A DNA stretch of 48,162 nt, taken from the NCBI RefSeq assembly GCF_044232565.1, contig NZ_JBIILQ010000001.1:1-48162 (forward strand). The letters run 5' to 3'. The first letter of the stretch is position 1; every line of letters begins with the position of its first letter. This DNA comes from Daejeonella sp. (GTDB lineage Bacteria; Bacteroidota; Bacteroidia; Sphingobacteriales; Sphingobacteriaceae). The position numbers and the translations under genes are program-made. The notes below the pieces were generated by a model, which made no database searches, was not told where the DNA came from, and worked only from the letters and a program-made list of their open reading frames with translations. Positions 26,275 through 35,468 of the stretch are shown here, in pieces.

Positions 26275-29118
26275 CTATTCTATTTTGTAGGTAAGTCCTA
26301 TTTCGAAAATAGGCTTGTTTCTACTAAGCTCGTTTGAAAATATCAATTTACCCGCAAGTTCAAATTCTGGAAGAAAAAATCGCATTAAGTTCATGTCGCT
26401 ACTCAATTCAATACCGTAACTCCGAGCTTGAAACTTTGAGCCTTTGCCTATATTTTCAAAATCTGTGAATAGGCCACCCTTAACTCTCTTGACATAAGCT
26501 ATGGGACCAATCTCTGCATCTGGGTAAAATAGGGGAAACTTGTAGTCTAATAGAAGGGTGTTTCTTAGTTTGGAGATAGGATTTAAATTATTATAACCAC
26601 TTACTCTTGGTATCTCAATATTGAAAGAATAAGCACCATCGCTTTTTTGATAGTTAAAGCTGGCTTGAAAAGAGTGGTTTTTTAAAACCCCGGGACTGTA
26701 AAACATGCTTTTAAAAGCAAATAAGCTGCCATTTAGCTGTGTTTCGAAAGGAAGGTGAAAATAAGTTGCTGTAAAATTTTGGCCCCATTTAGGTGCAAGA
26801 TCTCTCAAGCTTTTTTGTGTGTTTCTTCTAAAATAGGCGGTATGCTTCAATGGAAATCTTAGTTTTTCAATAAAATTTACTGGTTTATTCTGAATGTCAT
26901 AGCGCGAAGTAAAACTGCTAGAGCTAAAAATGCCCATGTTAAAGGTTTTGTTCAACCTATTAAAAGTGAAAGGTATATTCATCTCCATTTCAATAAAGCT
27001 TTCACGCCAATTAATTGGAATTATGCTGTTTTTTTGTCTGAAATTAACCACTTGGGCTCGGTTAACATATTTTAAATTGAATATTGGGTAAAATCGTTTA
27101 TAGCTTATTCCGACCAAATACTCATTTCTTTTCAATCCGGAATTAAATAGGTATCCTGTATAAAAATCAAAAGTGTTCAACTTATTATTGGATTTTAATT
27201 TTAAACCAATTTTGAGCTCATTATTGTCATTACCATCTTCCATAATAGGTGATAAACTGTGAAAGTAGAAGAGGTTTTTAGATTCTTTGTATGGCCTGCT
27301 CAAAAATTCTGTTTTGGGAATGCTATCAAGCAATGCGGTATTAGACTCTTGTAAAACTAATGGTGCTGAAAAGTCAATAAAAGTGTCTTTATGAAACGCG
27401 CTTATTTCTGTTTCGATTTCAAAAGGAACGGACGAAATATCGTACCCAGATTCTTGATAATTATTAAAAATTATAGTGTTGCTTTCTGAATGAAAGGAAG
27501 GATTGGAAGCACCAAATTTAACATTACTTATTGTTTTGATTCTGTTTGTGCCTGGCTCTAGACTATAAATATTGTTTATTCCGTTGTAGTGGGCACGGAA
27601 AATAATAGTATTGGCGGCATATATCGCGCGACTAATTTGCTGTCTGGCAAATGGTAATAATAATTTCTGACTGCCGTCTAATAAAGAGAATTCCAAAAGT
27701 GAAGAACCATCTTTGCTACTTGCAGTGCATATAACCCTGTCGCCGGTTTTGTTGTAAGAGGGCATTTGAAGCCCTTGGCCGACCTTGGGTAGATATTCCT
27801 TGATAAGTTCACCTGTCTCAGATTTTAATTCAACCAGGAGGTTCTTATTGTCTTCTCTTATCATTATTGCCACCACTTTTTTTCCATCTGCCGAAAGTGC
27901 TGGAGAAAAGAGTCTGCTTTTATGGGTGATTTGTTTAAATGCACCGCTCTCTAGATCAAGAATATTAATCACGTTGTAGGATCGTTTGAAATATCTTTTA
28001 TCAAATCTCAATTCGTCCCAAACAATTTTCCCTGCTGCATAGTTGAAATTGGGTTCAGTTTGATATCCGATTTTTTTGACTGTTTTTTCATTTCCATTGT
28101 CATCAATTAAAATAAGACTTGGAGTTTCTTTAACATTTTGCTTTAAGGCTAGGATTTGATTGTTAGAAATCCGAATCGGTAATAGGTAGTCGCTAGGCAA
28201 TGAATCTTTTCTTTTGTTCAATTTGGAATAGGTTCGGGGCTGAACTTGATCAAGCTGTTTTTGCCAGAGGTTCTTAATTTCACTAAGCGTTGAGTCATGA
28301 AGCTTACTGCTGTTTAGTCCAGTGTACTTTTTAATCGAATTGCTTAGGTTATAAGGACGTAATGGGTTTCTTGAAATGCGTGTTAAAATGCTGTCCATAA
28401 TTCCCTCTCCGAAATCTCTGCGAAGCTTGCTTGTCATGAAATAACCTAATTGATAATAACCAGGTGTTCGGTCTTTAAAGGATCCAAAATAATTTTTAGA
28501 ATAGGAATAGCTTTTTGAGCCAAGCGAATTTGTTTTGAAAAATAATTCCCATTCCGGGACTCTTCCGCGACCTGCATGGCTTAAAGCTGTTTCAATTCCT
28601 ACAGCATCTCCTTCATAGAACCAGGGTGGGAGGGAGATGCCAAAGATTGCGAGTGCTAATTCCTCAAAAAAGGGAGCTTTTAGGTTGGGTATTAATTTAT
28701 CGAATTGTACCACATGCCGTAGTTCGTGAACGGCCAAGCTGTTAAGCCAATCTTGAAAATCGATATTTTGAGGAGGGGTCGTAAAAAACTCAGAACGACG
28801 AGGTGCAAGTTGAACAAAGCCATTCGAAATAACTGATTGGTTTTGTAAAATAATGGAAATCTTTCTTGGCTTAATATTTAAAGATTTGCTAACTCCGCCA
28901 ATAATGTGCTCCAGAGTATTTGCCATTCGCTGTGCTTCATCTTCAAGTTGAGTAGGGTAGATGATCTGAAAATTCGAACTATTGATTTGTGACCATTTTA
29001 TACTTGGAGGGTTTTGTTCGGCACTAAAAATCTGTGAAAAAACCTTTGTTGAATTAAAGCTTAATATAATTATACATAAAGTGCTGATAATTAATAGTTT
29101 AAATATGTATTTTTTCAT
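26275..29118 (-). CDS. Outer-membrane protein with zincin-like peptidase domain, TolB/PD40-like beta-propeller and Omp85-like C-terminal barrel
   Basis: Signal peptide; AVHELRHVVQ + PPWFYEGDAV; FSPALSADGKKV-type propeller repeats; amphipathic beta-strand C-terminus (LDYKFPL..GGLFTDF..SYGIEL). Confidence 0.6.
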   Translation of the reverse strand: MKKYIFKLLIISTLCIIILSFNSTKVFSQIFSAEQNPPSIKWSQINSSNFQIIYPTQLEDEAQRMANTLEHIIGGVSKSLNIKPRKISIILQNQSVISNGFVQLAPRRSEFFTTPPQNIDFQDWLNSLAVHELRHVVQFDKLIPNLKAPFFEELALAIFGISLPPWFYEGDAVGIETALSHAGRGRVPEWELFFKTNSLGSKSYSYSKNYFGSFKDRTPGYYQLGYFMTSKLRRDFGEGIMDSILTRISRNPLRPYNLSNSIKKYTGLNSSKLHDSTLSEIKNLWQKQLDQVQPRTYSKLNKRKDSLPSDYLLPIRISNNQILALKQNVKETPSLILIDDNGNEKTVKKIGYQTEPNFNYAAGKIVWDELRFDKRYFKRSYNVINILDLESGAFKQITHKSRLFSPALSADGKKVVAIMIREDNKNLLVELKSETGELIKEYLPKVGQGLQMPSYNKTGDRVICTASSKDGSSLLEFSLLDGSQKLLLPFARQQISRAIYAANTIIFRAHYNGINNIYSLEPGTNRIKTISNVKFGASNPSFHSESNTIIFNNYQESGYDISSVPFEIETEISAFHKDTFIDFSAPLVLQESNTALLDSIPKTEFLSRPYKESKNLFYFHSLSPIMEDGNDNNELKIGLKLKSNNKLNTFDFYTGYLFNSGLKRNEYLVGISYKRFYPIFNLKYVNRAQVVNFRQKNSIIPINWRESFIEMEMNIPFTFNRLNKTFNMGIFSSSSFTSRYDIQNKPVNFIEKLRFPLKHTAYFRRNTQKSLRDLAPKWGQNFTATYFHLPFETQLNGSLFAFKSMFYSPGVLKNHSFQASFNYQKSDGAYSFNIEIPRVSGYNNLNPISKLRNTLLLDYKFPLFYPDAEIGPIAYVKRVKGGLFTDFENIGKGSKFQARSYGIELSSDMNLMRFFLPEFELAGKLIFSNELSRNKPIFEIGLTYKIE

Positions 29119-29770
29119 GATAAAACCAAATTGCTAAATATTTTAGTCCGACTAGTTCTTCTTTCAATAATTTACATTATTTTAAATTTTATATAAAATT
29201 TGTAAAGTACTGATTTACAATTAGTAATAAAATTATAAATTTAAATGAATTAAGGATGAAAAACCTAATTTCTACTGAAAATTGAATTTTTTAAGAGATT
29301 TTGATAATTCTAATATAACAAAATTTTCGAGAGAATTTGTTCTATTAAATCCACTAATATTTTTTGGATGTACGAAAATTAAGGTGCAAAACGAGAGAAA
29401 TTATTTATGGTTTTTGCAGTATTTCTTCTTGAATTATCAATTGTATTTTTAATTAATTTCTAGATTAATCGAGCCATTTGGTTTTAAAAATATGGACATA
29501 AGTCTAATTATTTTGCTAAAAATCCATTCCCTTTATTAAAAATTTACCCATGTTAGAATAGGTTTTTATATCTCATTTTTAATAATAATCTACTGATTTA
29601 TTTGTTCTTTTTCTACAAATTTCGGGTTGAATCGGGTGCTTAAAATTAATATTAATCACGAAAAAGAGGATGCGGCATGCTTGATTTCAGGCAAAATTGA
29701 CCTCTCTAATTTAATGTTATAGTGATAATTCCTTTAGAAATTTTATAGAATTCTTGTTTTTTTATCTTAC

Positions 29771-30679
29771 CTACTCCTTGGATTGTTTTGATATTTTTCT
29801 TCCTTTTATATTTTTTATGTAGGGAAATATGAATATTGTACCAAGTATTAATAAAGCTCCGGCATAAAACCCTAGAGTCATTTGTTCTCTTTTTCCAAAG
29901 AAAAGAAAGGCTAAAATAATGCCATAAACCGGCTCCAGATTAGTAATAAGTGCAACTCTAAAGGCCGATAACTCTTTCATGACTGCAACTCCTGAAACGT
30001 AGGCAACCGATGTACAAACAGTCCCTAAGATGAATAAAAATGCAAAATCAGTAGGATTGAGGCTCACAGGAGCCTTAAAACCCTCTGTAATTAATAAATA
30101 GATAGAAACCCATACCCATGCGCCAATGAGCTCATAGAAGCTTATAATGGCTGCAGAGCGATTTTGTATTTGCTTGGAATTTATAATAGAGAAAATACTA
30201 GCAAAAAAAGCACTTAATAAACCGCAAACTATTCCGAAGGTATACTTTGATTCAAACTTAAAAATCATGAAAATCCCAAATATGATTAGGACTCCAGTTA
30301 AGATTTCAACTTTTGAAATTTTCTGTTTTTTTAAGAGTGGTTCTAAAATAGCAGTGAATAAAGTTAGCGAGGATAGGCTCACTAGCGCAACTGATACGGT
30401 AGAGGATTTAATAGATTGGAAAAATAAAATCCAATGTATTGCTACGATAGCACCAGTAAAAAAGAGTTTTATAAAGGTTTCTTTTGAAACCTTTATTGTG
30501 GTTTTTTTATATAAAAAATAGGCATATAAACTTACAAAGGCGATGAGTACGCGATACCATACGAGGTAACTTGCTTCGATTGAGATGACAGCTCCAAGTA
30601 TACCGGTAAAGCCCCAAATAAAGACGGTAATATGTAAAATGATGAGGTTTCGGCTAATTGGGGTGTTTATTGAAGGCAT
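29771..30679 (-). CDS. DMT/EamA family transporter
   Basis: About 10 TMs in two EamA repeats; IWGFTGILG, LVWYR, TNLEPVYGI. Confidence 0.9.
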   Translation of the reverse strand: MPSINTPISRNLIILHITVFIWGFTGILGAVISIEASYLVWYRVLIAFVSLYAYFLYKKTTIKVSKETFIKLFFTGAIVAIHWILFFQSIKSSTVSVALVSLSSLTLFTAILEPLLKKQKISKVEILTGVLIIFGIFMIFKFESKYTFGIVCGLLSAFFASIFSIINSKQIQNRSAAIISFYELIGAWVWVSIYLLITEGFKAPVSLNPTDFAFLFILGTVCTSVAYVSGVAVMKELSAFRVALITNLEPVYGIILAFLFFGKREQMTLGFYAGALLILGTIFIFPYIKNIKGRKISKQSKE

Positions 30680-30685
30680 ATTGGA

Positions 30686-31765
30686 TTATTTTGGTGCTTT
30701 AATTAAGAGATAAACGCCAAGAATCCCAAAAATAATGTTTGGAATAAAGACTGCAATTAGTGGAGGTAGTCCGCCTTTTAGCGCAAACATATTGGCAAAC
30801 TGAATAAATATGATGTAAGCGAAACTTAAAAATATACCGATTCCAAGGGGTAGTCCAATTCCTCCACGTACCTTTCTGGATGATAAAGAAACCCCCATGA
30901 GTGTTAAAATGTAGGCCGATAATGGATAAACAAATCGTTTATATTTTTCTAATTGAAGGTCTACCATCACACCAGTTCCTCTTGTTTCTTCTTTCTCGAT
31001 GCGGTCATTTAACTCATTCATGTTCATCGCCTGATAAATATTGTCATAAATTTCAAAATCCTTAGGACGCATATCGAGAGTAGTATCTTTAGTGATACCA
31101 GAAGTCATACTTTCTTTTAGACCATCTATCTTTCTAATCGAATAATTATCAATCTTCCACTTTGATTTTAGCGAATCCCATGTGATTTTATCTGCTATTA
31201 ACTTTTCTTTTAAATTATCACCTGAAAATTTTTCCAAAATAAATTTATAACCAACTCTCTGATTATTATCGAAATTTTCAATGTAAACATAGCTATCCTT
31301 ATCGATTTGCATATGTGTAAACATTTTCGAGTTATCTGATTTAGGATTGATATACGTGTTTTCAAAATCAATTTTTAACTGATTCGTTTCAGGAATAATA
31401 AAAAGATTAAATATTAGGGTAACTAAAAATATCACTGTTGAGGAAATTACATAGGGGCGGAGAAATCGTTTAAAACTTACTCCACTGCTTAATATAGGCA
31501 CTATTTCTGTCTGGTCGGCCATTTTAGCTGTAAAAAATATTACAGCTATGAAATTTATAAGTGGGGAAAGAAAATTTAGATAAAATGGAATAAAGCCGGC
31601 GTAATAGCTGAAAATTATTTCAGAAACTGGAGCCTGATGCCGTAAAAAATCGTCAAGTTTCTCGGACACATCAAAAATGACGATAATCACCGTGAAAATT
31701 GCCAGAGTAAATGAAAATGTACCCAGGTATTTTTTTATGATGTACCAGTCAATTATTTTGATCAT
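30686..31765 (-). CDS. LptF/LptG family LPS export permease
   Basis: IIDWYIIKKYL, EIVPILSSGVS, periplasmic jelly-roll region, then three C-terminal TMs with PNIIF. Confidence 0.88.
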   Translation of the reverse strand: MIKIIDWYIIKKYLGTFSFTLAIFTVIIVIFDVSEKLDDFLRHQAPVSEIIFSYYAGFIPFYLNFLSPLINFIAVIFFTAKMADQTEIVPILSSGVSFKRFLRPYVISSTVIFLVTLIFNLFIIPETNQLKIDFENTYINPKSDNSKMFTHMQIDKDSYVYIENFDNNQRVGYKFILEKFSGDNLKEKLIADKITWDSLKSKWKIDNYSIRKIDGLKESMTSGITKDTTLDMRPKDFEIYDNIYQAMNMNELNDRIEKEETRGTGVMVDLQLEKYKRFVYPLSAYILTLMGVSLSSRKVRGGIGLPLGIGIFLSFAYIIFIQFANMFALKGGLPPLIAVFIPNIIFGILGVYLLIKAPK

Positions 31766-31768
31766 ATC

Positions 31769-32899
31769 TTACAAACGTTGCGCTAATGTTACGACCATTT
31801 TATTTTTCCATTCAGTAAATTCTCCTGAAATAATCTTTGTTCTAGCTTCATTTACCAACCATAAATAAAAGTTCAAGTTGTGTAAAGTAGCAATTTGGGC
31901 GCCCAAAATCTCTTTAGAATGAGCTAGATGTCTAAGATAAGCCTTTGTATAGTTTCTATCGGCAAAAAGATCAGAATCTTCCTCAATGGGAGAGAAATCA
32001 TTCTTCCAGCGTTCATTTTTGATGTTTATGATCCCATTTTTGGTAAAGAGCATGCCATTTCTTGCGTTCCGGGTTGGCATAACACAATCAAACATATCAA
32101 TACCAAGTGCAATATTTTCTAATAAATTGATTGGAGTGCCCACACCCATAAGGTAACGCGGCTTATCTTTAGGAAGGATATCGCAAACAATCTCAGTCAT
32201 TTCATACATGTCTTCTGCAGGTTCTCCAACAGATAGGCCACCAATTGCATTACCTTCACGTTCAAATGATGCAATTACTTCGGCCGATTGTTTTCTAAGG
32301 TCTTTATAAACTGAACCTTGTACAATAGGGAATAATGTCTGATCAAATCCATAAATGGGTTCAGTAGTGTCAAATCGATCGCAGCAGCGTTTCAACCAAC
32401 GGTGTGTCATCTCTATCGATCTTCTTGCATAGCCATATTCGCAAGGATAGGGAGTGCATTCATCAAATGCCATTATAATATCAGCACCAATAATACGCTG
32501 CGTATCCATTACCGATTCGGGCGTGAATAAATGTTTTGATCCATCAATATGTGATCGAAAGGTGACGCCTTCTTCCTTTATTTTACGGACCCCTGATAAA
32601 GAATAAACCTGATAGCCACCACTATCTGTGAGTAGTGGTCGGTCCCATCCATTAAATTTATGTAATCCTCCCGCCAATTGTAAGGTCTCAAGTCCCGGAC
32701 GTAAATATAAATGATACGTATTCCCAAGTATAATTTGGGCTTTAATATCGTTTGCTAATTCACGTTGATGGACTGCTTTTACTGACCCAGCTGTACCTAC
32801 AGGCATGAAAATTGGAGTTTTTATTACCCCATGAGCAGTTGTAATTTCACCTGCACGTGCCTTAGAATTTTTATCTTCTGCCTCTAGTTTAAATTTCAT
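31769..32899 (-). CDS. tgt: tRNA-guanine(34) transglycosylase
   Basis: TPIFMPVGT, LGNTYHLYLRPG, TDSGGYQV, PIVQG, IGGLSVGE, DMFDCVMPTR. TATTTTTG promoter element at 32920-32927. Confidence 0.97.
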   Translation of the reverse strand: MKFKLEAEDKNSKARAGEITTAHGVIKTPIFMPVGTAGSVKAVHQRELANDIKAQIILGNTYHLYLRPGLETLQLAGGLHKFNGWDRPLLTDSGGYQVYSLSGVRKIKEEGVTFRSHIDGSKHLFTPESVMDTQRIIGADIIMAFDECTPYPCEYGYARRSIEMTHRWLKRCCDRFDTTEPIYGFDQTLFPIVQGSVYKDLRKQSAEVIASFEREGNAIGGLSVGEPAEDMYEMTEIVCDILPKDKPRYLMGVGTPINLLENIALGIDMFDCVMPTRNARNGMLFTKNGIINIKNERWKNDFSPIEEDSDLFADRNYTKAYLRHLAHSKEILGAQIATLHNLNFYLWLVNEARTKIISGEFTEWKNKMVVTLAQRL

Positions 32900-33053
32900 T
32901 TACAAATTAATAATTGGGGCAAAAATAGCAAAATATAAACTGCTCCCGATCTAAGCTTGAATTTAGAAGAGTTTATTTCTTTTATTTTATAATTAATGCC
33001 AATAGTTCATTGAAAAATCAGAAATTTACAAGATTTAAATTATGATTTAGGGC

Positions 33054-34169
33054 GTGGATTATCTGAATATTTCTATTATTGTTTCTCTGCACATTTGTTT
33101 ATTACTTCAACTGTATTATGTTTTAGTAGTTTATCGAAAATTGGCCATTTTTAAGGTTCCAGAATTAGAATCACCGTTAAATTTACCGCTATCTGTGATT
33201 ATTTGTGCTAAAAATGAAGTTCGAAATCTAAAGAAAAATCTACCTTTAATACTCAATCAAAACTATCCTGATTTCGAACTTATTGTAGTAAATGATTGCT
33301 CAAATGATGGAACCGAGTGGTTTTTGCGTGATCTATCTTTAGAACATAAAAACCTAAAAATTGTTACTATAAATGATCATCCGCGATTTAAGCATGGTAA
33401 AAAATTTGCTGTATCCCTTGGGATTAAAGCTGCAAAGAATGAAAATTTAATCTTTACGGATGCTGATTGTTATCCAACTTCTGTGGACTGGCTAAGCCTC
33501 ATGCAGCGTAATTTTAGCAATCAGACAGATATTGTTCTTGGATATTCACCCTATGAGATTAAGGGTGGCGTATTAAATATGTTTATTCGCTTTGAGACTT
33601 TTTTCACGGCAATAAATTACCTTTCTTACGCTTTGCGTGGGATTCCTTACATGGGTGTTGGGCGCAACATGGCCTACAAAAAGTCGCTTTTTTTTAAAGG
33701 CAAAGGTTTTGCCTCTCACATGCATATTTTATCTGGTGATGATGATTTGTTTGTAAATCAAAATGCAAATAAAAAAAATACGAAGATTGAGATACATCCT
33801 AATTCACACGTTTGGACCGTGCCTAAAAAAACGTTTTCTTCATATTTTTCCCAGAAATTGAGGCACCAGGGAGCTGGAAAAGCATATAAAAGTAAGCATA
33901 AAAAAATGTTGACCTTTCAAGTGCTTTCTGGGGTATTATTTTACCTTTCTCTTATCGCATTTATAGTTGTAAATGGTCCATGGTGGATAATTGCTTCTGT
34001 GTTTTTTATTCGGATGCTTTCCCAAATATTTGTTTATATTCCCTTATTAAAGAAATTAAAATACATTGACCTTATTTGGTGGATGCCGCTTTTTGATTTC
34101 ATTTACTATATTTTTATCATGCTATTAAGCTTAATATCCATATTTAGGAAGAAAGTTGAATGGAAGTAA
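33054..34169 (+). CDS. Membrane glycosyltransferase, family 2 (GTG start)
   Basis: SVIICAKNE, VVNDCSND, GKK, FTDADC, SGDDD, QKLRH (QxxRW-like); N- and C-terminal TMs. Confidence 0.9.
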   Translation: MDYLNISIIVSLHICLLLQLYYVLVVYRKLAIFKVPELESPLNLPLSVIICAKNEVRNLKKNLPLILNQNYPDFELIVVNDCSNDGTEWFLRDLSLEHKNLKIVTINDHPRFKHGKKFAVSLGIKAAKNENLIFTDADCYPTSVDWLSLMQRNFSNQTDIVLGYSPYEIKGGVLNMFIRFETFFTAINYLSYALRGIPYMGVGRNMAYKKSLFFKGKGFASHMHILSGDDDLFVNQNANKKNTKIEIHPNSHVWTVPKKTFSSYFSQKLRHQGAGKAYKSKHKKMLTFQVLSGVLFYLSLIAFIVVNGPWWIIASVFFIRMLSQIFVYIPLLKKLKYIDLIWWMPLFDFIYYIFIMLLSLISIFRKKVEWK

Positions 34170-34774
34170 ATCCTAATTTCTCGGCAAATGCCAGAAACGA
34201 TTTTAATCTTGTTGCCAAAGCAAAGGAAGGAGACCAAAAAGCCTATGCAGAAATAATGCAGCGCTATAAGGATTCCATTTATTTTATGGCCTTGAAAATG
34301 GTCAATAATAAGGATGATGCAATGGATCTTACTGTTGATACCTTTGCAAAATCATTTGAAAATTTAGATAAATATAACCCTGAATATGCATTCAGTACCT
34401 GGCTATTTAGAATTGCAACCAATAATAGTATTGACTTCATAAGAAAAAAAAGGCTTAATGTTATTTCTCTTGATACCCTATTTGAAGAAGAAGGAGATGA
34501 TAAATATTTGCAGGTTCGTGCGGAAGGGTTAAACCCAGAGGAAATTTCCATTCGAAAGCAGGAAAGTGAGAAATTAAAGAATATGGTTGAGCAATTGCCT
34601 TTAAGATACCGCACATTAATTATATTGAGATATTATGATGAGCTATCGTATGAGGAAATAGCACAACAAATTGATATACCACTTGGGACTGTTAAAGCTC
34701 AACTTTTTCGCGCCAGAGATTTAATGGCTAATATTTTAAATCGTAAAAAGAAAAATTTAAGAAGTGACTTCTGA
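34160..34774 (+). CDS. ECF-type RNA polymerase sigma-70 factor
   Basis: DAMDL, FSTWLFRIATNNSIDFIRK (region 2); LSYEEIA..IPLGTVKAQLFRAR (region 4). Confidence 0.93.
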   Translation: MEVNPNFSANARNDFNLVAKAKEGDQKAYAEIMQRYKDSIYFMALKMVNNKDDAMDLTVDTFAKSFENLDKYNPEYAFSTWLFRIATNNSIDFIRKKRLNVISLDTLFEEEGDDKYLQVRAEGLNPEEISIRKQESEKLKNMVEQLPLRYRTLIILRYYDELSYEEIAQQIDIPLGTVKAQLFRARDLMANILNRKKKNLRSDF

Positions 34775-35390
34775 AATAATCAACCAATATTTTCCTGACT
34801 TAAGTCAGACTCAAAAGGATCAATTTGATGCCCTTGATGAGCTTTATCGTTTTTGGAATGCTCGAATTAATCTTGTTTCAAGAAAGGATATTGACATGCT
34901 TTATTTGCATCATATTCTTCATTCGCTGGCTATAGCAAAGGTTATCTCTTTTCTTCCCGGCGAAAAAGTACTTGATGTGGGTACCGGTGGAGGTTTCCCT
35001 GGAATTCCTTTAGCTATTATGTTCCCTGAAACCAATTTTCATTTGGTGGATTCTATTGGTAAGAAAATAAAGGTAGTGCAGGAGGTTTCATTAGCATTGG
35101 GTTTAAAAAATGTTAAGGCAACTCATGCAAGAGCTGAACAGATAGACGAAAAATTTAATTTTATTGTTTCAAGGGCTGTAACTAGATTATCTGATTTTTA
35201 CCCTTGGATTAAAGGAAAATTTGACAAAAAATCGTTTAACAAACTTCAAAATGGTATATTGTACCTTAAGGGTGGAGATCTTCAACAGGAAATAGAAGAG
35301 TCTGGATTGAAAGTTGAACTAATCCCCCTGCCTAATTATTTTAAAGAAGAATATTTCGATACAAAATACGTGGTTTATATTCCACAATAA
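34764..35390 (+). CDS. rsmG: 16S rRNA m7G527 methyltransferase RsmG (GTG start)
   Basis: WNARINLVSR, HILHSL, LDVGTGGGFPGIPLAI, DSIGKK, VSRAV, LKG. Confidence 0.95.
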   Translation: MTSEIINQYFPDLSQTQKDQFDALDELYRFWNARINLVSRKDIDMLYLHHILHSLAIAKVISFLPGEKVLDVGTGGGFPGIPLAIMFPETNFHLVDSIGKKIKVVQEVSLALGLKNVKATHARAEQIDEKFNFIVSRAVTRLSDFYPWIKGKFDKKSFNKLQNGILYLKGGDLQQEIEESGLKVELIPLPNYFKEEYFDTKYVVYIPQ

Positions 35391-35468
35391 TAGTTTATTT
35401 AATTTACGGCACCCCAAATGCTGTTAACAGTTAGCTTAAAAAGGTTTAATTTTTAACATTATTTTCGG

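Noticed and set aside
29407-29463. 18-aa hydrophobic ORF as a type I toxin
   Set aside because: T-rich DNA readily encodes F/L/I/V runs. No structured leader, antisense terminator or charged tail is visible.
29119-29770. AT-rich gap as oriC
   Set aside because: No TTATCCACA-like box cluster was found by eye. A whole-genome skew analysis would be needed.
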